Below are positions 49,688 through 63,019 of a stretch of 64,000 nt of DNA, one piece after another. Position numbers and translations under genes: made by a program. How positions within the stretch are numbered: the first letter of the stretch is position 1; the number at the start of each line of letters is the position of its first letter. The DNA is taken from positions 27,218,001-27,282,000 of the forward strand of contig NC_135885.1 of assembly GCF_964194155.1 (NCBI RefSeq). Reading direction: 5' to 3'. This DNA comes from Cetorhinus maximus. Its lineage: Eukaryota. The notes below the pieces were generated by a model, which did not search any database, was not told the DNA's origin, and saw nothing but the letters and a program-made list of their open reading frames with translations.

Positions 49688-52600
49688 TGTGTCATAAGGA
49701 GGTGCTGCAGCGTAAGTTATATACATTGTTAATACAGTGAGTGATGATAGAGCTTTTTTTAAAAAAGGTAAGTGACCATTAAATAACGTGTCTACCAGGT
49801 TGTCACTTCTGACTTCTGGCAATGCGAAAGTGTAAATGTCTTTGGATGCATTAGAATGCATTATCCACTAGATAAGGAGCTATTCTGCATTGTACAATAA
49901 TGAAATAATGATGGTGTGAAATGTGCCCAATGCCTTGATTTTTTTCCTTGAAGTTCAGCTCAGCTATCTTTTTCGCTGTTTCAAAGCCCTGACATGTCTA
50001 AGCTTCTGGCTATCTTTAAAGGACTTCATGTATTCAGTTCATGAGGGTTTGTTGACACAATTCTTCAACAGCACCTTGCCTAAGCCAGCGAGGCCCGCAT
50101 CCCATTAAAAAAAAAATGAAAAATTTATGAATGTTTGGCTGAGTTCCAAATGCATTATGTTCAGCAGAATTAGTTGACACAGGCATCAAGGGGAATGTGA
50201 GCTTGGCTATTTAGACAGATTCATCCACTGTCATAACGATTGTGTTTTAAGTGGATTTTCAAGTAATGTTTATTTATTTTAATAGATTTATGAGCTTCTC
50301 AAAGACTTCCAAATGTTACTAAAGGACTCATGGGTTCTGTTTATAATGGATACTGGGAAAGGAGCTATTGGGGGGGGTGGGTGGTGATGGTTAGGGGACC
50401 TCACATTCATCTCCAGAACTGGGCCAATGTCTCAGTGAATGGGGGCGGCCTTTTAACCCACCTACGTCTCCACCTCAGGCTGCTGCAGGAGTGGTAGGCC
50501 CAACTCTAGCCTGCCCCTTACTCCCCGTCATGAAAATAGCTTGGGTGCGCATTGCTGCTCAGGAGGCGGGATTGCGACGTGAGGAAATCTCCTTCCTCCC
50601 AATTCCCACTTCCAAGGTGAAAATCCAGCCCCAGGATTCCCAGTTCTTCGAGCTGTCCTGCTTTCCTCTGGTGACGTGTTAATGGTGCTGTCAGTGGCTT
50701 GTTCTACCCATTGCTATTGTAACCATTGCAGGAGATGGAGGAAGTTGGCCATGTGGACTGTAACAATCCTTGCTCTTCGTTTCAGATTTACACATTCCAG
50801 TACTAATGACACCAGCTGGGCACCAAAGTCTGCCCTTGTGTTGATCTTCAAGCTGATCCTGCTAAAGGCTGCTGCTTCCTTCCTTTTCGCATATCACTTA
50901 CAATCATTTCTTGAAGAATGTCAGCTGCAATTTTTTAGGGTTCCTTTGGGTATATAATCCAAGAAGCTAGGCGAATCGAATGGGACTCTGAAAATGTTCC
51001 TAGAATGGGGTCTAGCAGTCTCTTTGCATTACATTATTTTTATTTTAACACAGTTTGCACTACAATATCAATGATTTATTGCTCCCCAGCATTCTGATTT
51101 ATTACATATTCTGGCAAGATAAAAATAACTGATTCTGGTTACATAATTTTCTCCTTTTATTTTCTCTGTCGTTGGGCAGCTGCAAAAACAATTCAATTTT
51201 CAATAGGGAGAACCTTCAAGCCACAAGTTTAACTAAAATCAAGAGAAGGATTTGTGTAGCCAAGATTCACTTCATAATCTCTCCACGTTTCCTATCTCTG
51301 CACTGCGGGGGGCAAAGAGATATTTAAAAATATTGAGGAGCCGCGTTGTCTCAGCTTTGATTCCTGATCTCCAACAGGGTGCTGAAAGGTCTCAGCTACA
51401 CTGGATAAGAGATGGAAAGCATTAGTTCCAATCCTGATTGCTACACAGTGAGGATTCTGCAAACTGAGAATGTTTGAATGTCAGGTCAGGGTAGGATTGT
51501 GGTTGGACGCAATGCCCACCACAGCCAATAGTCTATCAGCACATCCTGACTGAACATTTGAGTGAGGAATAGGATGGCCAGCACTCATGGAACCATAAGT
51601 CAGTGCCTTTAGAAGAACTAGGGACAAAATGGAGGGAAAAATGAACAGAAGTATCTCAAGCTAAAGAAAAAAGTAACACTTGAACAAAAGTTCTTTACAG
51701 TCAGAGTACATCCAAATCTGTAAGCCAATACAGCTCAATTGGATCATGTTCCACTGCGATCCATATTTCCGACATGTTGCTTGACATCTTTGTTTCTTGA
51801 CACAGGTCGGTTGATATCCCTATTTATGCGGACGCCTGGGAGTCAAGCGGTATTTGGCCTCCCATTGCAAATCATCATGTGAATGGCATTGAAAATATTA
51901 TAACCCTGAGCAAGTTAGTAAACTGTAATCTAATCGAAAGGCTCAGGTGACATTGTAAGCCACAAAAAGCCATTTATAATACCCATTTAGAGGACACAAG
52001 TGTAACTAGAGGACACAAGTATAAAATTAACAAGCATAAAGCAAGGCCTGGGATTAGAAGGAATTCTTTCCCTCCCCCCCACCCCCTGCCCCAAGAGTCG
52101 CAGACGTGTGGAATAGATGGAATAGATTTCCGACTAAAAGAACTAATCCTTCGTTGATTAATATTGTTATGAACCCTGAGCACTATAAAAACACATAGGA
52201 GTAGAGGCAATTAGAGGCTGTATGGAACGTGATGGAATCTGAGCTGCTGGGATCGTGGAAATGTCATGCCAACCAGTTTAGCATTTAAGAACAGGTAGAT
52301 ATTCTGGAGGTTTGTGCTACTTACCTTTGGGAGAGCAGAAGCAAAGTGTACACAAGCTTAAATGAGTTAGTTAGAGTTCATAAGAGAGCAGTTGAGCTTT
52401 GTTATTTGTATTGCTGTAGAGGGTTGAACTGCACGGCCTTTTGTGATTCAATGCCCTCTTCAGTTTACATCAGGAATCCAAGATTATATCACGTGTCCAA
52501 CGTTAAATTCACTTCCAAGTTCCTTTTATGAAGCAGCAGGCAATGCATTAGGCATGCTGACCTTGATGTCTGAATTCCTAATATATACACCTGTCATCCG

Positions 52601-52937
52601 AAGCTCCGTGCCTAGAGTACTACATCATAAAATTTAGGCCACGATGTCGTCTCATTTCCCAATAATGCATGCATGATCAAGTTCCACTACTCCTGCAGTG
52701 ATAATGTCACTAATTTAATCCTTCAGCGAAGACATCATCATGTATGAATGGAATGTGGTGACCTTGCATTGGATATCCGCCATGATATTCATAGATTCTT
52801 TTAAAATGAAAAGTTTTGGGCGTTCTTTCAAATTAGCACCATGTGTATGTTAAAAAAAAAATCAAAAAGGGCCTGGGTGGGAGCGGTTATATTGAAAATA
52901 ACTGCACCTCATGATTCAATCTCTGCTCTGAGTGATC

Positions 52938-53677
52938 AAGCTGAATTTTCCCAGACCCATGGCATCTGGGAGGCAAGAGGTCGGGACAATAGAGAGGAGC
53001 CACATCAAGATGGCTCCCTGATACATTTCTATGAGTGGGGAGCTTTCCTGGGGTGAGCTGGAAAGAGGATCAGCTGCCTGCTCAAAGCCGGCGGGCAGCC
53101 AATTATGATGGTTAAGGCCCCAATCAGGGGCCATTCACTGGTCTCGTCGATATTTTTCCATTAGTGGAGCAGCCCCTTCACCAAATGCAGAGGCCATCAG
53201 CTCAATGGAGGCAGAGTCCCTGAAACAGGCCAGGGGTCTAGTGGAGCTGGAGGCTTCATGCTCCAATGAGAAGGCTAAGGTCAGAGAAAGCCACATCCAT
53301 GACCCAAATGATTCCTCCAGGGAGGTTTTCCCTCCACTCCGAGGAGCCGAATAGCTTCAGCCCGCATATTTATTGAATTGGATCATTGATCTGAGGGCAC
53401 CTCCATGTTGAAGTGCCCTTGGAGGCCCGGCCCACCTCAGTAGCCCCGCCTGTCCTGGTGGGGCGCTGCGCCTTCAGAGCTGGCGGTCCTCTGACTGGGC
53501 CGGCAGCATCTACATCCTGCCCGCCCAGCTTAACTGTCTGCCCAGCTCCGAGGTGGCCAATTAGGCAGCTGTCTCTCAGGAGATTGTGTCGCCGGTCTCA
53601 CTGCCGACAACTTGAGAGATCGGGACTCCCATTTGATCCTAACGTCAGGTCCCTAAGCCTTCAAGAAAATCCAGCCC
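52938..53677. mobile_element. Harbinger-type MITE
   Basis: GCTGAATTTTC / GAAAATCCAGCCC termini, GC-rich body. Confidence 0.6.
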
Positions 53678-55738
53678 TTTACAATGAGATTGTTTACATT
53701 TAATCGCTCTCAATCTTTATGCATTTATATATCTTATTCACTTATACATCTTTCATTTGTTATGGATGCTATGCAAACTATATTACAGACACTTATTTAA
53801 AACAATGCAACTAGTGGTGTTAATTAATGCCACTGGCGATGCCTGATATAGGACGATGTTTTTGTTATATGTATCAATGTTTTCAGAATCTTAATGGCGC
53901 TGGGTGAGAGTGTCCTAACAGGGTTAATTCCTCACTCCCAGTGGAGGGCTCCACTAACAGGGAGCACATACCAGAGAATCCAGCATTGTAGCCCTATTAC
54001 TTTGAACGTAGCTTCGCCGGCTGATGGCAAGGAATTGACTCATTAAGTATCTCAAAAGAAACAACCAACCTATGGAGTTAGACCTCCAACATTGTGCTTC
54101 TCAAAGCTTGCTACATAGGGAAATATTGATGCATCCTTGAGGATTCCCTGCAAATGCTGACACCCTCCCTGCATCAATTCATCGCTTCCAAAAGGTAGAG
54201 TGGCTGCTCAAAGTGAAAGCAATGCTATAGTTGCATATCATCAAGCCAGGAAGTACAGGAAACACATAGCACACAGAATTCTCAAGACAACATTTGTTTG
54301 GTACTCGACGGACAGAAATCAAATAACCTCACAGGTCCTTACAACCCATGGGACCCAGTTTGAAAACCTTGGTGCCAACAGGACTTGTAAATTACTCAGT
54401 AACTGAGCAACCTCTGTACAAGGCAGTTGCACAACATATTTGCTTAATTTGTAAACATGGCAACAAAGCTTTTTGATATTGTCTGTGTCAATGGATCATT
54501 TTTCTTTCACTTTGGTCATTATTTCCTTCCATTTCAATGAACTCTTAGTATTTATGTCATGTACAAACTTGCCTTAGGACAACAATGTGCAGTTGCAGCC
54601 TATTCCCAAAGCAGTCCGAGCTGCCGAGCTTCAATTCAACAACGTTCACATGACCAGACAGCATTCTGGTGTGAAACAAATGCAAATAGCAGCTATTTCA
54701 CTCCATTATACAGATCTGCAAGATTATAGCCAGTGTAGGAAAGGTAAATCTAGAACACTGCGTCAAGTTAAACCTAAAATGTGGGTTCTAAATTTAAACT
54801 TCAGTAACAGTCAAATTGAGCATTGATGTCAGGTTATCACAGAGGTATCAACGCATGGAGTAGACTTTTGGGGAGAGTAGTGAGTATAAAAATTATGCGC
54901 TCATTGTGACGGGGAACTGCAGAATCCTTTCATCAATGGGTTAAGATGGACTGAGCGGCCTTTTTAGCTGATTGAGGAAACGTTACCTTTAAAAATTCTG
55001 CAGAAAGGAGAAGGGGTGAGCACAGATCATGCAGGAGTCATTTGAAAGGGTGAACAAAGGGGCAATAGAGAGATCTAGGCCTGAATTTCACGCTCCCCTG
55101 CAGGCAGGTATTTGGGCGCGGGGGGGGTGCAGTAAATTGAAGAAACGGATTCCCTCCAGGTTTTCACCCACCCTGGCCATGCAGTGATTTTACGCTGGGT
55201 TGGGCAAAGCCTCAGATGGGCTACATGCCCTTGCCCCAATTGAGGCCCTTAAGTGGCTAATTATTGGCCACTTCCGGCCCAGCATCAATTTTTAGGCTGG
55301 CAGGAGGATTTCCCCAGCGTAGGGGAAGCCTGAAATTGAATGGGCTTAGGTCTCGAGCAGGGGGTGGGGAGGGGGTTTGGTGGGGTGGGGGGGTTGGGGG
55401 GCGGGGGGTCCTCCATCAGAAGCTCTCTTCCAACTGAGGGTTCGTCCTCCCCCCCAACCGTTTAAGGTCCAGTGATCACTGGACCTCCCTCTTCCCTCCC
55501 ACTGGCCTGTCCCCCAACACCCCAATCACCCACTTTCCGCTCCTTTAGGCCTTCCCTAGCCTCCCCACCCTGGGACCCCGAAAACTTACTTTGCCGTCCA
55601 GTCCTAGGACTTAGGCTCAGACATCTTCCTGAGCTTTCCCATCTGCAAAATGCAGCTCCTGTCGCTGCAGGGACTAGAGAGCTGCCGGCCAATCAGATTG
55701 GCCAGCAGCTCTCCAAGTCAGGACTTCCTCACGAGTGA

Positions 55739-56942
55739 TAAAAGCAAAAAACTGCGGATGTTGGAAATCCAAAACAAAAACAAAAATTCCTGGAAAAACT
55801 CAGCAAGTCTGGCAGCATCTGCAGATAGGAACACAGTTAACATTTCGAGTCCGAATGAGCCTTCAACAGAACTAAGTAAAAATAGAAGAGAGGTGAAATA
55901 TAAGCTGGTTTAAGGGGGGGTGGGACAAGTAGAGACAGTGATAGGTGGAGATAACCAAAAAATGTCACAGACAAAAGGTCAAAGAGGTGTTGAAGGTGGT
56001 GATATTATGTAAGGAATGTGCTAATTAAGGGTAGAAAAAAGCAGGACAAGCAAGGTACAGATAGCCCTAGTGGGGGTGGGGTGAAGGAATCAAAAAAGGC
56101 TAAAAGGTAGAGATAAAACAATGGATGGAAATACATTTAAAAATAACGGAAATAGGTGGGAAAAGAAAAATCTATATAAATTATTGGAAAAAAAAGGGGG
56201 GGATCGGAAAGGGGGTGGGGATGGAGGAGAGAGTTCATGATCTAAAATTGTTGAACTCAATATTCAGTCTGGAAGGCTGTAAAGTGCCATGTCGGAAGAT
56301 GAGGTGCTGTTCCTCCAGTTTGCGTTGAGCTTCATTGGAACAATGCAGCAGGCCAGGGACTGACATGTGGGCATGAGAGCAGGGTGGAGTGTTGAAATGG
56401 CAAGTGACAGGCAGGTCTGGGTAATGCTTGCGGACAGACCGAAGGTGTTCTGCAAAGCGGTCCCCCAGTCTGCGTTTGGTCTCTCCAATGTAGAGGAAAC
56501 CGCATTGGGAGCAACGAATGCATAGACTAAATTGAGGGAAGTACAAGTGAAATGCTGCTTCACTTGAAAGGAGTGTTTGGGCCCTTGGATGGTGAGGAGA
56601 GGGGAAGTGAAGGTGCAGGTGTTGCACCTTCTGCAGTTGCATGGGAAGGTGCCGTGGGAGGGGGTTGAGGTGTGGAGGGTGATGGAGGAGTGGACCAGGG
56701 TGTCCCGGAGGGAATGATCCCTGCAGAATGCCGCCGGAGGGGGTAAAGGGAAGATGTGTTTGGTGGTGGCATCATGCTGGAGTTGGCGGAAATGGCGGAG
56801 GATGATCCTTTGAATGCGGAGGCTGGTGGGGTGATAAGTGAGGACAAGGGGGACCCTATCATGTTTCTGGGAGGGAGAGGAAGGTGTGAGGGTGGATGCG
56901 CAGGAGATGGGCCGGACACGGTTGAGGGCCCTGTCAACCACC
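55739..56942 (-). mobile_element. 5'-truncated Penelope-like element, Neptune type (GIY-YIG endonuclease plus 3' UTR)
   Basis: RVPLVLTYHP, Cys-rich linker CNCRRCNTC, NLVY/CIRCSQCGFLYIGETKRRLGDRFAEH, HFNTPPCS, LNIEF; one frameshift; flanking CGAGTGA at 55732-55738 and 56943-56949. Confidence 0.92.
55835..55873 (-). ncRNA. Minimal hammerhead ribozyme-like motif, variant core
   Basis: AGTT-CTGTTGA-AGGCTC-ATTCG-GACTC-GAAA-TGTT-AACT. Confidence 0.55.
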
Positions 56943-57109
56943 CGAGTGAGGTCGGAAGTCCTGCCTAAAGCGAACTGACGCTCATTCGAGCATGAAATGG
57001 CTGTGGGGGTGAGTCCGCGGGGATGTGTTCCCCACCGACTCTTCGGATGGCAGGAAGGGGAACCCTGCCACCTGTAATATTCGGGCCCTAGAAACATTAC
57101 AGTTGAAGA

Positions 57110-58430
57110 GGCAAGTATTTCCAAAATTAGATGGTATGTATTCCAGAGTATGGATAGCAGGGAGATTTGCAAAGTGCTAACAATCATTATGAGGAGGCAA
57201 TGGCCATCGCAGAGGGACCAATAGATTGGAAACAGGCTGTTGTGGTACCCCTATTTAAAAGGGCAACAAAACAGATACAAGCAACTACATATATATTAAT
57301 CTTATTCTAATACATGTAAAGTTATAAAATTGGTTATCCAGTGTTAACTTGATGATTATCTGTGCAGCAACAGCCTAGCTTTAGACAGGGAGGATCTTTG
57401 TTAATCATCCTCCTTAATTTCACTGAGAAAGCGTCAACCCGAATTGGGTATTTTGCACTTAAGACTTCTAAAAAGCACTTTAAAAAGGTCCACTTGAAAT
57501 GGCATGAATTCAGCTCAGAGATGTGGGGATTCAGTATGGATAGGAAATTGCCTAAAGGGTAGAAGGCAGTGGTTAGAGGGTTTATGTCATGACAGGTGTT
57601 GGGGAAAACATTGACAGGATTGTCCTTCGGCTCAGTATTGGAACCACTGTTGTTTCTACTTACACCAATGATTGGAGTTTAGGAGTTTACAGGTGCAAAC
57701 TGTTCAAATTTTGCAGATGACACTAAACTTGAATGGCCAAGGAGGCATCAAAGAAATTACAGAATGAGCTAAACAAAATATGTGAGAGGGCTGAATGGTG
57801 GGTGAAATTTAATGTAGATACAAGTATAAAGTATTGCAAATAGGGTGTGAAAAGTATTGACACGCATACTTGTTTATGTTGAAATAGCTATGGACATTTA
57901 TAAGAATATTAGTAGACTCAAAACTCAACCAACCAACATTCAGCAAAATCAACAAAATATTAACTTACATAGCAAAAATAGTAGAAAGCAAGTCAGTGGA
58001 GGTAGTGATCAAATGTGCATTGTTCTGTTTAGACTGCACCCTGAATACTGTGTCCAGCTCCAGTCACCAAGGATCAAGGGAAATATTCAAGTGCTGGACA
58101 CAGTGCAGTCCCTAGTTTCCGGGCTCTAAATTGAGGTAAGACAGGATAGGCTTGAAACATAAAAGGTTATTTTAAAGAACTAAAAGATAGTAAATGAAAT
58201 GGAAAAGTTAAATCCAGAGTACAACTTTACATTAAACAATGGGAGTAGGTCAAGGGGGCATAGATTCAAATTAGTAGCAGGTAACTTTAGGACTAACTTC
58301 GTTGTGCAAAGACTGATTAGGCTTCCAGGCAGGGTGTTAAAGGCAACAATCCTGGAATCATTTAAAAAGCAACTAGATGCCCGAGTGGCAGGGGCAAAGT
58401 AAGCTTGTTCTATATGGATGAATTGATTCC
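57110..58430 (+). mobile_element. Old, degenerate CR1 LINE
   Basis: GSVLEPLLF, FADDTKL, RLHPEYCVQL, SRSRGHRFKL remnants. Confidence 0.75.
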
Positions 58431-59270
58431 TCCATTGAGCATCTGGTGACACCCTGTTATATTACAGCACTGCCATTAACAGCTGCCTTGAGTTGAGCGG
58501 GAGCATTGTCGAGAGTCAGCACTTCTGGGGGTAGTGCCTGAGTGCTCTTTCAGAGGCAGCACTGCGTGTGGCGGCAAATAGGAACAGCTTGCTCTGATTG
58601 CACAGGGCACTTTTTTTTTCAGGAATGTGGTTTTCCCATCAGTTGCTTTCTTGGACCTTCTCCAATCATCGAGAAAAATGTGTGGCCGACTGTTTTTGCA
58701 CTGCTGCTGCTGGTAGTGTGGAATCCTCCTGATAGATTCCATAATGCCAGCAGCCCAGTAAATTACAAAGCTAATTCGACTTCTTTGAACAAATAATTTC
58801 ATGCCCCAAGGATTACTTTTAATTAGTTTCCCGTTATTTGAGTAAACTTCTGATAAAGGAACAAATTGGTCTTTGACAATGTCATGACAGTATCCCAATA
58901 GAAACATAGGGTTCGGTCTGGCCCTTTAAATCATTCTTTCCCAGGGCCCCAAAACCATTGAACTCCTTACCTTCCTCAGTCTCTCCTGCCTCCTGCTATA
59001 TATAGGTTTTAAAGATCCATCTTTGACATCACTGCGTCACTAATTCTAGATTTACTTTTTTCATCTCTTTTCATCCAAATTTGGTGGCCAACTGCTCTAC
59101 AATTCCTGCCTCTTCGGTCTTTTCATTAAAAAACTGATCACGTCAGCCCTTTCCACAAGGATAATCAAGGAGGAAGAGGGCAAGGATAATTATGTTCCTC
59201 ACCATATCATCACCGCATATGAATCGGAAAAATCTCTGTGGTATGAAAAATTGTCCGCGCTACAATAAAC

Positions 59271-59958
59271 GTGTGGAATTTACTGATCCCCCAGAGGCAG
59301 GCTGGGAGGTGAGTTAGCCATAAAATGCAGCTGGAAGATGTGGGGTGGAGTGAAAGAGTCAAGGGCGGCTTTCCCGCCTGGAGGCCAATTGAGGACTTTA
59401 AGTGGCGACTTAAGGGCCTCATCCTGTCACCGTGCAGGTCCATGTCATGTAAGCAAATAGCCATGTAAATTCCAGTGGGTATGCCTGGAGACTGCTTCTG
59501 GGGCAGTGGGGAGATACCTCCTTTTTAGGCATCCTGTGCCCAATGGAGGGACCCACCGGTGCCAAGACAGGGACCCTTGGGGAGGCAACAGCCCCACCCC
59601 ACCCTTCACAATGACCCTCCTCCCTGACTGGCCTTGGCAATCCCATCCCAATCACCTTGGTCCGGGGGCCCCAGCACCAATCCTTCGACAGTGGCCACTG
59701 CACATGAAGGCACTGCTGATACTGGAGAGCTGCTGGCCACTTATTGGCTAGCAGCTCTTGAAGGCGGGGCATTCGCCACCCACCATACCAGGAAGCTTTT
59801 CAGGACATTGGCCCCAGTAGAGCCTAGGACCCCGAGGTCAGCCTGCTGCCTGCTTGGGACTTAAACCCAATGGTGCTCCTGGAAATGGCCATGGCATTGA
59901 TGAGACCGACTCTTCAGCCAGTGGATAGGCCCAGTGCCAGGACCATTAAATTCTGCCC
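59271..59958. mobile_element. Harbinger-type MITE
   Basis: GTGTGGAATTTAC / TAAATTCTGCCC termini; shares CCAATTGAGG...CTTAAGTGG motif with the 55078 element. Confidence 0.6.
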
Positions 59959-61044
59959 ATGTCTCTCAAAATGTTCTAACACATTCCAAAAATATCAAGG
60001 AGTTCTATTGGCACCATTCTGTGCTAATGAACAAAATTGGCCAAGTAAGCATTTCACTAATACATGTGAAAGAAGCAGCATTGTTTAGCCGAAACAAAAC
60101 CAACAGATTCATTTCCATGACAACACTGTTTTGACAGCAACTAATTGAGCTTGTCAGTTTTAATGTTCATGTGAACCTGTTAACTGGAATGACAGATTCA
60201 CAGCTACTCTGAGGCAATTTGTGTTTTTGCTGACTACCATCTTGACAAGTTAATTCCTTGAAGTTCTTTGCCTTTTTCGCATGATAATATTTTGCTGGTG
60301 GCTAAGCTCTTTACCCTTCTGTTCTGAGAAAAAACTTCAAGTGCACGATTTTGCAGCTTTAAAACCACCAGTCCCTAGCTCTAAAATTGCACGGATGAGG
60401 AACAAATATATTGTCGCACAAATTCCTGTCTAAAGCTGTGTTGACTGCTGTTTGATAGGCTGTTCCTGTACAGATAATCATCAAGCTAACTTTGGATAAC
60501 CAATTTTATTATTTTACACAAACTAGAATAAGATTAATACATCTGTAGTGCCTACATCTGTTTTGTTGCCCTTTTTGAATAAGGGTGAACAATAGCCTGC
60601 TTCCAATCACTGGTACCTCTGCAATAATAATTGCCTCTTCATAATGATACGATTTGCATAGTTACTGGAATTATTTTATTTGAAGGACAGCTCCACCCTG
60701 GCTATTGGTCAAGCAGAAAGGTTACTTTAATAGGTGCTAAATTTTTGTTGACTTGGCGATATCCGGAAGTACATCTAGGTGCACGAGTAGCTCAGTTGAG
60801 TGTAATGGAGAACACAGAAACATTCACTTTCAAGCTGTGTCACTTTCTTCTTTAACTCACTGCCTCCAGCTCATAGGTGGAAAATGTGACTTGATGAGGT
60901 ACTGGGTCTAGCAAGAGTAAATCACTTCAGAAGAAAAAGTACAGAAAACTGGGAAGAAACACAGAATGCTATAAACAAATCAGGATGTCCAACATTTCTG
61001 TAAGAGTATGCTTTACTACATTTTATAACTATTTCAGTAACATA

Positions 61045-61708
61045 GGGCTGCATCTTCTGGTTGGTGAGCGGTGTATGGGGCCCGCTCACTGATGCATAAA
61101 ATGTAGTGGGGTGACATTGGGCGTGTGTCCCGATGTCACCCTGTGTCATTTAGAGTCGGCCATGCGCCCGCCGAACTGTCAACAGCCACTTAAGGCCTTT
61201 AAACAAGTAATTAAGCTAATCAATGGACCTGCCCATCCAACCTTAAGGTTGGCAGGCAGGCGAGGAGCCCAGGCAGTCTTTAGAAAAAACATGAAACCTT
61301 GTCCAGGGCAGGATGAGGTTTCATGAGGGATTTAAAATGTTTAAGAAATGTTGAAATGAGAGGAATTGACATGTCCCAGTTCATGTGATATTGTCACATG
61401 AGTGGACATGTCGGTAATTTTTTTACCCTTCTTTATTGACACTTTCAAACCTGAGCCGACCTCCCTGAGGCAGCACTTTGCACTCAGGGAGATCTGTGCG
61501 CTCTTCCGGGCGCATGAGCGCACTCCCGCACAGGGAATCCCCCCCGCCGTCCGCACAGGGAACAATTAGTGCTTCTTGGCGGACGTCACGCTAGGTGGGC
61601 CTTAGTTGGCCCGCCCACTTAAAATGGTGACGTGCCCCCAACCAGGGGTGCTGATCGGGAAGCCGCCCGCTCCTGCACAACCCCCCCAACAGGGGCAAGA
61701 TCCTGCCC
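61045..61708 (+). mobile_element. Harbinger-type MITE, family A
   Basis: GGGCTGCATCTT / AAGATCCTGCCC, flanks ATA/ATT; homologous to 203-896. Confidence 0.82.
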
Positions 61709-63019
61709 ATTATCTTGCTACATTGCCAGCATGTGCAAATAGTTGGAAGTCCAGCTGCTGGATTTATTACAAGCAGGACTTATTAAACAAAACTGCTAAG
61801 TACCTAATTTCACAGGCAACAAGATCCTTGGATCAAACAGGTATCACTTAGGCAAGGTCATCACCTACTGATGTTCCCACAAGCTTAACAGATGACTAGT
61901 TAAAGGAGAACAAGCTTCATGCAAGAAAATATCTGCCAAATGTTCTACGGCCAGAGGAACAAGATACATGAGAATGGGATAGATCTTGACTTTATGCCCT
62001 AGTGGAAATGGATTGGGAACATCTGTCTCCAGCCCACTCTGCATCTCTCCGATTTCCAGTGATTTCAAATCAAGAGAGAGGTAAAACAGGCTGTCAGCTC
62101 ACTGTCATCCATTTTACAAAATCACACATAGTCAAGCCTTACCTCCATGTATTCCCTTCAGTACAGTGATCTTGCATTTGTGATGGTGCATTTCAACATG
62201 ATGTCTTTGTAATGTACATTTGAACAAATAAATGAAGACAGGTTTGCTGTATGGTAACCTTTGAATGAAGTGAGAGGAGTAACTGATCCATTACTAAAAA
62301 GGCACAGAATAGTCACTGTTTCTGTCAGCACTGTGTTGACTGTCAGTGTATGCTGAGGAAGAGGGCAGTGCTCAATATTCGCCCTACAAAGCAGTACTAA
62401 TCTGTAATATACAGGGTAAGCAATTTTAACAGCAAAGAAGTGCTGGAAATCTAAAGTAAAAATAGGACCTGTCAATCAGTATCTGCATGAGACCCTTCCT
62501 CTTTTCAGATGCTGATGGGCTTGTTGTTCATTTTAAGCTAAGTTGCTTCTCTGTTCCATTTAATTAAATGAACACTCGCACTACTGGATTAACAAATGCG
62601 GAATCAGACCAGTTTGAGTCATCTAGCATGTATGAATTATGCCCAAGAGTGTGTCATGCCTCACATTTCCTCATATATGGGACCTAACCAGTCAACTCTG
62701 CTGTCTTCAATTTCCTCATAATGTTACATGCAATACAATGTCAGAGTGATAAGCACTTCATTATAATGTACACCATTGAGTGCTATGTGCAACATGTTTT
62801 TCAACTCCTAAGAAGCTTTTGCAGTAATGAACAGTACTGTGCTTTATTTTAGCACTCACTGCAATGGACTGTTATTTTGCTTCTTTGATGCATTTGAATG
62901 GCTATTACATTTTAAAATATACTGATTTAAAGAGTTAAAATTTGTTTTAGTTATTTTTCTTTTCATTTCTGTGCTTCTGATGAATCAATGCTTTGGTAGG
63001 ACAGAACTTGAGTATTGCT

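Larger units (their letters stand above)
55078..57087. mobile_element. Harbinger-type MITE interrupted by a PLE
   Basis: GGCCTGAATTTCAC / GTAATATTCGGGCC, TSD CTA/CTA. Confidence 0.75.

Noticed and set aside
56264-57187. 307-aa ORF as a host gene
   Set aside because: Fusion of MITE sequence with a truncated, frameshifted PLE ORF
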